A stretch of 64,000 nt of DNA from Thecamonas trahens ATCC 50062 (taxonomy: Eukaryota; Protista; Apusomonadida), in the NCBI RefSeq assembly GCF_000142905.1, contig NW_013657666.1, positions 32,752-96,751 on the forward strand, read 5' to 3'. The notes below the pieces were generated by a model, which saw only the letters and a program-made list of their open reading frames with translations, was not told the origin of the DNA and did no database searches. How positions within the stretch are numbered: the first letter of the stretch is position 1; the number at the start of each line of letters is the position of its first letter. Position numbers and translations under genes: made by a program. This document shows positions 21,875 through 31,700 of the stretch, piece after piece.

Positions 21875-22471
21875 ATGGGCAAACGGCGGAGTGTGACAAG
21901 GTCGCCCGAGTGGATGGCTATGGCTGCCGGCTCGGCTGTGGTGCTGGTCATTGCCGTCATCGCCTTTTGGTCCATCTTCTCGCTCGGATGGATGCACCTC
22001 AAGACGAACGAGGTCAAGGCGTGGTACGGTCTTTCTCGCGCCTGTCTCCATCCATCCGGCGGCGGCTCAAGCTGCTTCAGCTACGCCATCGACGAGATCA
22101 AGCCGCTGTACCACGGCGGCCGAGTCGCTCTCGTCTTTGCCATCGTCACCTTGGTTACCGCGTCTCTCGCTCTCCTCCCTGCTGCCTTGTTTCTCACCCA
22201 AAAGGCACCCTACCACATCGCCGTCGCTGCCTTTGTCATCCTCTCCTGCTGCCTCATGATCGCCGCCACCGGCTCGTGGGCCGCCTTTGACAATCTTGTC
22301 GTCAACGGGCCGGGCTTCCACGCCCTCGCCCCGCCACACGGGCCCTCGCTCTCGTACATGTTCGTCTTTATGGTCCTTGCCTCGCTCTTCTCCATGATCC
22401 CCGTCCTCGCGGGCGTCTACGCCTGGACCCGTCGCCGCTACACGCTCTACGTCTACATCCCGTCGTCGTAG
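21875..22471 (+). CDS. Tetraspan claudin/PMP22/EMP-superfamily-like membrane protein
   Basis: Four hydrophobic helices; first loop W...WYGLSRAC-x9-C resembles the W-GLW-C-C signature. Confidence 0.6.
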   Translation: MGKRRSVTRSPEWMAMAAGSAVVLVIAVIAFWSIFSLGWMHLKTNEVKAWYGLSRACLHPSGGGSSCFSYAIDEIKPLYHGGRVALVFAIVTLVTASLALLPAALFLTQKAPYHIAVAAFVILSCCLMIAATGSWAAFDNLVVNGPGFHALAPPHGPSLSYMFVFMVLASLFSMIPVLAGVYAWTRRRYTLYVYIPSS

Positions 22472-22534
22472 ACCCCCCCCCCCCCCTCCACAGACATACC
22501 AATCAACACCCGTCTCCACTTCCCCTCCCCCCCC

Positions 22535-24015
22535 ATGCTCTCCCGCACCCGATCATCTCTTGCTCGCCTCCTTGCCCCGCTCCCGATCGTCCCGCGCCTG
22601 GCCTCATCGACGGCGCAACCCCCACCATCTACGCGCTCTCGTCCGGGCGCGATCGCGCCGGCGTGGCCGTCATTCGCCTCTCCGGCCCGTCTGCCCGCAC
22701 GGCGATGGAGGCCATGGCTCGTCCTCCACCCAAGATCGAGCGCCGACTCGCGGCTACCCAGCTCGTCCACCCGGCCTCTGGGCAGGTCCTCGACTCGGGC
22801 ATGGCCGTCTTCCTCACCTCGCCACGGACGGCGACCGGCGAAGACATGGCCGAGCTCCACGTCCATGGCGCGCCGGCTGTGGTCGCTGCCGTCCTCGACG
22901 GCCTGCAAGCCCTCGCCAGTCACACGCCCATGCGCATGGCCTTGCCCGGCGAGTTCACCCGCCGTGCCCTCGCTGCCGGCAAGATGGACCTCGTCCAGGT
23001 CGAGGGTCTCGCCGACTTGCTCGCGGCCTCGTCCGAGGCCCAGCGGGCGACGGCACTTGCCGCTGCGCTCGGCAACCATTCGGCGACGTACACGGCGTGG
23101 ACAGAGGCCGCTGCCCATGCTCTGGCCATGGCCGAGGCCATGGTCGACTTTGGCGAGGATGAAGGGCTCGACGCCGCTGCCCTCGATGCCGCTCTCGACG
23201 CTCTGCGCCCGACCGCGGCAGACATGGCGTCTGCGCTCGCCGGCGCACGCGCCTCGATGGCCATCCGTGACGGCGCTCGCGTCGCCTTGGGCGGCCTGCC
23301 AAATGCAGGCAAGTCGTCGATGCTCAATGTGCTTGCCGGCCGTGACGCTGCCATCGTCGACGCCACTCCGGGCACCACCCGCGACGCCCTTGAAGTCCCA
23401 CTGGACCTGGGCGGTTTCCCCGTCGTCGTTGCCGACACTGCCGGCGTCCGCGCCTCGCCCGAGTCATCCATCGAGGCCGAAGGCATCCGCCGCGCTCAGG
23501 CTGCCTGGCGCGACGCTGCCATCCGGGTCCTCGTCGTCGACGATGGCGGCCAAGCTGTCGACGACGCCCTCTCTGCCCTCGCGCCGCCGTTGCCGCAGCT
23601 TGTTGTCCTCAACAAGGCCGACACGCGGGCTGCCGACGCCAGCGCCGCCGCCGCCGCCCGCATTGCGAGCCGCCTCCCCGGCGTCGGCCTCGTCGAGATC
23701 TCCTGTGCGGATCAGGTCGGCATCGACGCGCTCGAGGCCGAGCTCACAGCCGCGGTCAGCGCGTACTTTGACGACGGCGACCGTGGCACAGGGAGCAGCA
23801 CCAGTGAGGGTGTGGTAGTCACCCGCGCCCGCGTCCGCGATCACCTCCGCACTGCGCATGACAGCCTTGTGCGTGCCTTTGACGCTCGCGCAGAGCCGGA
23901 TCTCGTCGGCGAGGCGCTCCGCGACGCAGTCGCCGCCCTTGGCAGCATCACCGGTGTGGTTGACGCCGAGGCCGTCCTCGACATTGTCTTTGCCGAGTTC
24001 TGCATCGGCAAGTAG
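22535..24015 (+). CDS. GTPBP3: Mitochondrial tRNA modification GTPase MnmE/GTPBP3; frameshift in the C-run ~22619-22623
   Basis: Presequence-like MLSRTRSSLARLL, then after the shift TIYALSSGRDRAGVAVIRLSG, TGEDMAELHVHG, PGEFTRRA, GLPNAGKSS, GTTRD, DTAG, NKAD and C-terminal FCIGK. Confidence 0.95.
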
Positions 24016-24037
24016 TACCGTGTTTATGCGGGAGGAG

Positions 24038-25276
24038 CTAGTAACCGCCGTAGACCGGGCCAGAGTTGGAGAGCGGGATCGGCGTCGACGAGTAGTCGTC
24101 GGGTCCTGACGACCGCAGCCTCGTCCACGACCTCGTTCGCGACTTGAACAGAACAACGCCACAGACGACGACGGCGAGGACGCAGACGGCGATGATGATG
24201 TAAAACGAGGCCGTTGGTGTGCACGACGTTGCGCCGCTGTCCGAGCCCTTGAGCGCAGGGCACTTTTGCGGCGCAGAGGGTCCGCCTGGGCAGTAGTGGT
24301 CGCTCGGGCACGGAACTGCCCGAGACGCGTCCGGACAGTACGACCCGGCTGGACAAGGGAGACACGCCGACTGCGACTTGGCCCCGCGTGTCGGATTGTA
24401 CGACCCGACGGCGCACGTGATGCAGCTCGACTGTCCGCGCTCGTTGTTGTACGTCCCCTCACGGCAGGGCAAGCAGCTCGACGCTCCGTCGTGTGAGAAC
24501 TCGCCCGTCTCGCACGGGAAGCATCCGATCGACCCAAAGTACGGCTGGTACGATCCAGCCCGGCAGAGTCGGCAGGCTGTCCAGCCCTCGCGTGAGGCAT
24601 ACCTGCCTGGCAAGCACGGCGAACATTCCTTGGCACCATGCAACGACGTTGCGTGGCCGACGGCGCAGAGTGTGCAGTTGGTGCCCATCGTGATGTTGGA
24701 GAACGAGCCCGGTACGCACTGTTCACAACCTGTCGGCAAGCAGTAGCCCGGCTTGACGCAGCTCGGCGGATCGCCCGTGCAGTTGGCCGACGCATGCGAG
24801 ATCCTCCCCATCCCACACGGCTCACACGGCAGTAGAGGCGCAGGCGGCGAAGGCGGCGACGACGGCGACGGCGGCGGTGGCGGCGACGACGGCGGTGGCG
24901 GTGGTGATGGCTCGGCCATCGGTGGCGGTGGCGGCGGTGACGGCTCAGCTACCGGTGGCGGTGGCGGCGGTGACGGCGGCGGTGGCGGCGGAGAAGGCGG
25001 AGGAGGAGGAGGCGATGGCTCGGCATCAGCACGCACACCAGCGCCAGCATCACGAGACCAGCGCCCGTGTGGCTCACTCTTGCCGTCCTTGCCGATGACG
25101 CCCCCGGAGTCCTTGCCCACCACGGCCTTGTCCGCCGGCATTGTTCCCACCTCGGCCACCCTCATCGCCACACGCCCTCCATGCACGCCACCGCTCCCCA
25201 TGCCCGGAGTGGGTATGGTGGGCTTGCTGGTGCCGGTGGCGGTGGCGGAGGTGGCGAGGACGACGAGAAGAACAAC
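24038..25276 (-). CDS. Type I membrane protein: signal peptide, Pro-rich stalk, Cys-rich GCC2/GCC3 (ephrin-receptor/TNFR-like) repeats, TM helix, short Tyr-containing tail; start codon in the gap
   Basis: Repeated CxxCxxG(S/T)(Y/F) units; TM FYIIIAVCVLAVVVCGVVLF; tail ends GPVYGGY; hydrophobic VVLLVVLATSATA next to the gap. Confidence 0.8.
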   Translation of the reverse strand, partial: VVLLVVLATSATATGTSKPTIPTPGMGSGGVHGGRVAMRVAEVGTMPADKAVVGKDSGGVIGKDGKSEPHGRWSRDAGAGVRADAEPSPPPPPPSPPPPPPSPPPPPPVAEPSPPPPPPMAEPSPPPPPSSPPPPPSPSSPPSPPAPLLPCEPCGMGRISHASANCTGDPPSCVKPGYCLPTGCEQCVPGSFSNITMGTNCTLCAVGHATSLHGAKECSPCLPGRYASREGWTACRLCRAGSYQPYFGSIGCFPCETGEFSHDGASSCLPCREGTYNNERGQSSCITCAVGSYNPTRGAKSQSACLPCPAGSYCPDASRAVPCPSDHYCPGGPSAPQKCPALKGSDSGATSCTPTASFYIIIAVCVLAVVVCGVVLFKSRTRSWTRLRSSGPDDYSSTPIPLSNSGPVYGGY

Positions 25277-25745
25277 NNNNNNNNNNNNNNNNNNNNNNNN
25301 NNNNNNNNNNNNNNNNNNNNNNNNNNNNNNNNNNNNNNNNNNNNNNNNNNNNNNNNNNNNNNNNNNNNNNNNNNNNNNNNNNNNNNNNNNNNNNNNNNNN
25401 NNNNNNNNNNNNNNNNNNNNNNNNNNNNNNNNNNNNNNNNNNNNNNNNNNNNNNNNNNNNNNNNNNNNGGGGGGGGGGGGGCGGTGAGGTGTGTCTCCTT
25501 CTTGGGAAGACCTATGGTTCTATCACATTGTCTGTCTCGTTCTCGCTGCTCTCACGTCGCTTGCCGTCGTCATGGTCGTGCCGTCTCTTGGCAGCGGAGG
25601 ACGGGCAGGTCACACGCGCACACCCTCCGCTGGTCACAGGGGGAAAGTCTTTTGGACGAGAGAACAAAAAAAAATGTTGTCGTACTCACCCCCCTCCCCC
25701 CACCTCCCCCTCTCCGCCCTCCATGCACACACATGCCTGTCATCT

Positions 25746-28700
25746 TCACTGCTCCACCATGGCGACAACGACACTAGCAGAGGTACCGATTCCAGCGGCC
25801 ACACGCCTAATGCGGGCGATGTCGTCGCCACGCTTGACCATGGCCAGCACGCGCACAACTTGCCGCCTCATCGTCGTCAGCGGCGCAAAGTCGTGAGGGA
25901 CGAGGTCGAGAGCAGTCTGCACCAACTCCTGCACGCTCTCTAGCGCACACTGGAGCTCCTGCATTCGGAGGGCGCATTTGGTCTCGTCCTCGAGCACGCC
26001 CGCCAGATGCGCCTCGAGACGTGCGGCCTGGACTTGCAGCGCCTGGAATTGTGAGTCGTCTTCAGCTCCGCCGTCGCCATCAACGAGGCCGCGGAGCTCG
26101 CGGGTGGCAGCCCGGAGCGCCGGCGCTGACGCCTGCGACGGCGCTGCCCAGTCAAGACCAGTGGGAAGTTGCGACACGATGCCTGACGAGAGCTTGCTCA
26201 CCGCCTGCGCCGCTCGCTCGTCGAGCTGCGCCATCCGGCTTGCTGCATGGCTCGAGATGCCCATGCCGTCGCCCTCCTTGGTCGCCCGCGACTGGAGCAG
26301 CTGCTGTAGACTCTCAGTCACCTTGCCCAGCCGCCGCAGCTGCTTGCGCTCTTTGTGACTCGTTGCCGCTCGCAACGTCACCGCACCTTCAACGTCAAGC
26401 TCGTCGCGCCGGACATCAATGGCATCACCCACAACCCGCAGCTCCTCTGCAAGCTCGCCAGCGTTGGCCACAGCCTCGGCCTCGGAGTCTGAGCTCTCCG
26501 AGTACACCTCCTCGATTGTGTCGAGCACATTCGAGATCCGCTCGGTAATGTTGGTGAGCAGTTTTCGGGTCTGTGTCTTCCATGCACTCTGTGACCGCCC
26601 GCTTGCCGAGAGCTGCGGTGCCTCGAATCGCAGCGAGGCCAGCGCGCCCTCGCCACCGTAACGGTCCACATCGCCGACGTCAAACGCCATCGTCGGCTCA
26701 AAGGTGAGTCGGTCTGCGGAGCCGACCAACCGAGACGACGCTATCCGCGCCACCACCCGCGACCAAGGATCGGTCTCGTTGAGCACTTGTAGATGAGCGA
26801 GATCCTCCACACGCGCTGCTACATATCCGTCGGCCATGCAATCGGACCAGAACCGCATCGAACACTCTGCGCTTGTCAGCGCCGCGTCAACCACATTCCG
26901 CACGCTTACCGTCGCGTGCCTCACCTCGCACACTGCAGCCGATTGCGTCCGCTGGAGGTAAGCCACACCGGACTCGCCGCGGGGCACAACCTCGACCCGC
27001 ACCCGGTTCGTCTCTCCCCACTCCCTGGCTTCGTGTGAGACTGTCCGCCGCGAAGACTTGTGCATCCGCTTGCGACGCCGCCGTGTCCGCCCGGACCCGC
27101 GCGCCTCCTCGTCTCCCGACGACGAGGACAATCCCAGCGCGGTTGATGCCGCCGCCGCTACTTGAGCCGACGTTGTCGCAATCGTCTCCAGACACGGCCC
27201 GGCCATCGGCCGGCCGCTCCAAGTCAGCGGCGGTGCCTCGCACGAGGTCTCGATGGCCATGCTCCGACTCAGGATGAGGATCTGCAGCATCGAATCAACC
27301 GATGCACCCACAAGGCCACTCAAGTCGCTCACCAGTGGACAATCGTCGACCACAAGCACTGCAAGGCAGTGCGCCGCACCGACAAGGCGCTGGACCATTT
27401 TGTCCGTCACCATGTCCAGCCCCACAAGCGCAACCGTTAGCGGGCCGAGGTAGGCAGGGAGAGAGTACGACGAGATCAGGCTGAACACAGACTCAGCCAT
27501 GTCCTCAGCGTTGCTGCCAGGCTCCAGCACCGATGGCATTTTTGGCAGGGCTGCAAGCGCAGAGAGCGGGTGAACTGCTTCCATTGGTACGCAATGGCCA
27601 TCGTCCCATGTTCCTGGATCCGACACGCCTCGCGCGGAGACTGGCACACCAGCCAGCGGCGGCAGCGCCGACGTGACAGCCGCATTAAAGTGGCCTACCA
27701 GCGTTCCGAGGCCAAGCCGCCTCGCCGACGCGACACCATCGCCACCACTCTGTTTCTGGCTCTCTGCGTCAAGGCTCCGCCGCGCCGCCTCGTGCATGGC
27801 AAGGAGCGTGACAGCCAGCCGCCTAATGCCCTCGCGATTCATCAACATGGAAAGCGCCTCGCCGACCTGAGCCTCGAGCTCGGCACACGCCAGCTGCTCC
27901 CGAAAGTAGACTGCAGCATTAAACTGCGCTGCGGTCTCGACCAAGTCCTCTAGAAACTGCTCCACGTAGTGCACCGCTCGCGTTGCTGACTCAGACAAGG
28001 CCTGTGTTGCAAACGCGCCGCATCGCACAAAGTCCTTAAGCACGGAGGCGTCTGCCGACGCCGTCAGCCGTGCGCCGAACTCAGCCGCCCACCCAGATTC
28101 GTCCACCACCCCGTCGAGCAAGAGGCATGGCGACTCACCCGAAACAAGCCCGTCCGGTGTGCATTCAAGAAGACACGCCATAACCACACGCGCCGTCTCG
28201 CTCTCCAGCACCGCGGCGGCAGACTCTTCGTTGACCACACGGAAGGAGAGATCACCGACATCGCCGCCGGATTGCCCGCACGCAAGTAATACATCGACGG
28301 CGGTCCCGCCCAGTAGCGAGCCGGAGAGCAGGTACAGCAGAGCCCGTCGCGAAAACTGGACGTCACTCAGTTGCTGCAGCGTGGCCGGCCGTCCAAAGTG
28401 GGGCGCCGCAGCAGCAGGCACTACCAATGGACCGCCGAGCGGCGAATAAAACACCTTCGGTGCGCCCAGCACGTCACTCGTCGGATGCGCGAGATAGCCC
28501 GAGAGCGAAGTGAGAAGCCGGTGACTGGCGAGACTGATCTCGCCGTGCTCGCGGCCCGAGGCCCGAACAAGCGCCCGGAGTGCTTGCCGCACCTCTCTCA
28601 GCTCGATCCCGGCACTGTTCGCCTGGTCCCACTCGAGCTGACCAGGCGTCGGCAACGCAAGCCAGGCCGCAAGCGTCTGGCCGGCCGCAGACTTGGAGAC

Positions 28701-31700
28701 AAGTCGCTGGAGCGAGGCATTGTCCAGCGTGCTCAGTTTGCGCCGGATGACGGCCGCATCAGCCGCTACCGCAACGGCTGCGAAGGAGTCCATCGCCCAC
28801 TTGACCGGCGTCGCCGCCACAAGGCCAACCCCGGTGAGCGCCACTGAGCCAGCGAGGCTCACCATTCGTGGCAGCGCCAACTTGAGCGACTCGTACATCG
28901 GCACGGCCAGCGTCTTGTGCGCCTTGATCAGGAGCGGAAGCATGTCGACGCAGCTAATGTGCACGTCTGGGAGAATGATGCCGCGCGAGGTGAGCACGTC
29001 AGGACCAAGGCTGTCCTCCTCCGACTCGTTGTACGCCTGAAGCAGGATGCGCAGGCCAACGCCGGTGTAGACCAGCGACTTGGCGGCGTTACCCAGCCGC
29101 GCCGACACAGCGCAGACATCGACAAGCCGATCAACCCTCTCTGCAAAGCTCCGCGGGCCGAGCTCGCACACAATGGTCGTCATCGCAAGCATGGCTAGGT
29201 ACGGAACCTGGGTCATGCTCGCCGTCACACCAAAGTGGCGCTCAAACGGCGACGCCGGCGCGTACCTGTCGTCGCGGATGACAGCGGCAAAGAGCTGCGA
29301 GCCGAGGACAAACGCCAGCGGTGGGTTTGACACCTGCACGTCGACGCCTGTGTGAATGTCCGCCACCGGCGCCGAGAGCTCCTTTCGCAACGCCCGGTAG
29401 TAGCGCGCGAGGAGCGAAGCCGTCGCCTTGCGCGAGCTGGCAAACATGTGGCTCGCCGAAACAACGCGGGAGAGCGTTTCTGGACTCGTTCTAGTTCCGT
29501 CCTCCAGGAGCCGGGCAATGAGCTCCTCGGGCGTACCGTACCACGCGTCTGGAACGCCGCCTGCAAACGGAGATGCGCCCGACGATGAGAGCGCAAAGCC
29601 TGACGCCATGCCGGACTTGGAGCCAGGAACCGTGAGGCCGCCGCGGCCGTCGCCCGACGACTCACGGGCTAGCGTCTCGCCGAGCTGGACCATCTTGAGC
29701 CGGATGTACGCCACAAGCGCCACAAAGAACTCGCGCGCATACTCGGCGTCGTCGTCGACAAGACAGGCGAACTCGAGAGTCGGGGAGAGTGACGGAATGC
29801 AGTCAGCAGACGCGCCGAGGGCAACAAAGGCAAAGTCGACCGGCGGCGCGCCGAGCACGTGCAGCGCCGAGACGACAATGGTGGAAAAAAGCGAGCGCTG
29901 CGCGGCAGCTAGCGTTTCGAGTGCGCTCAACAGCTTCGGGAGCCGGAAGCCCCGCAGCTCGCGCGGCGCGGTCGGCACCATCGGCCCCAGCTCCGCTGAA
30001 GCAAGTACGTTCTCAAGTGCGACGCTCCGCATGGCAGCCAGTCGCTTTTGCAGCGCGGACGCGGTGAGTGTGCCCGGTGGCGCCGGCGCCATAAACTCGC
30101 CGCGGACCCAGGCCTGCGAGGTGCAGATGCGGCAGACAACGTCAAATCGGAGGAGCGCCGCTGCTTGTAGCTTGCTCAAGAGCGAAAAGTTGTCCGCAAC
30201 TTGCGAGCGTGCGAGCAGCTGGTAGACTGCGCCGTAGATGGCCCCAGCACGGGTCGGGACTTGTCCAGCAAGCAATGTGTCTGCGGCAGAGAGCGAGTCC
30301 ATGGCCGCCGCGGCCGCCCGCGTGATCAACGACGGGTTGTCGGCGGCAGTCGCCCGTGAGAACGAGGCTAGTGCGCGCTTGAGCGGAAGCAGCGTGGAGG
30401 CGTGACTCAGCGCGCGCGGTACCAGGGCATCGAGAAGCGAGACCTCGAGCGCCGCCAGCTGGTATGGTGACTGGACCGCCTGCGACTGCGCCACAACTGC
30501 CGACTCAGCATAGAGCGATTCGAGCGACGGCAGGATGGCAAGGCCGGTGACCGCGGGGCAGACCAGAAGCGACGCCGATGTGGCCGAGTTGGTAGATGCC
30601 GCCGACGACGAGGCTGACGACGATGAGTTGACAATGACGGCGGCAAGGTCGCGCGGGGAGAGGCTGGCAGTAAACGGTGGGGAGCCGTCCGGTGCAGACG
30701 GAGCAGCCGCGCAAAACCCACTGACAGCTGGGTCAGGCGTCGGCGCGCCAAACTTGGCCGCCTCGACCTCGCCAGCCATCACAGCCTGGAGCATCGCCGA
30801 CGCGTGGCGAGCGGCGAGCCTGCGCGCTGGCGACTCGACAACTTTGGTTCCACCATCCTCCATTGAGGTCTTAAACCGCGAGACAATGCCCGAGGACACG
30901 GTGGTCGAGCCAAGCTTGACAAGGTCCTTGGCCTGTCGGAGCGCCAGTATCCGTGCCACGTCTTCCGCGACAACGTTAAAGGCGGCGCGGTTCGGTGAGA
31001 CAGCGGCAAGGCGCGCAAAACACACCTGCTGTGCCGCCTTGGATGGGAGCTTGTTGACATAGTCAAAGAAGGAAAGCGACGAGGTGAGTGGGCCAGCGGC
31101 TTTCATAGCTCGGCCAACAACGGCCGAGGTGAGAAATCCGACGCCGGAGGACGACGATGATGTCGAGAACTCGAGCGTGCTCGCGCTGGTAGTATCGCAA
31201 GATGTCGAAATGGGCCCCGATGACATGCCATGCTGGTGAGGAGGAGGATGGCCGCTCGATGCCGATGCAGGTGGTGACGGCGAGACAAGCGTGGGCAGCA
31301 GCCTGCTGCCAGAGCCGCGCAACGAGGCAAGAGAGTGCGCGTCAACGCCAACTGTCAGTCCCAGGCTGCTTGATCCGGCGTCTGACCCAGACTCGGAGTC
31401 AGGGCCGGTGTCCGAACCGCCGCTTGTACTCGGTTTGGTCGGCTTGGCGCGAGCAGAGTGTGCAACGATAGACCCGTCCATCATGCCCGACTCGATAAGC
31501 TCATGTGCGGCGCTGAAGGCTGATGAGAGATGGAAGCGGACCATCGAGTAGTAGTCCCAGGTCTGCGGCTGTGAGCGAAGGTAGGCACGTGCCTCGCCGA
31601 GAGCCATTTGCAGAGCCGAGGCTGACGATACAGAGCGTGCGTCTTGGGCAGCGAGCGCGAGGGTCCGCGCTTGGAACGCGGTGCCGGTGAGGGCCTTGGC

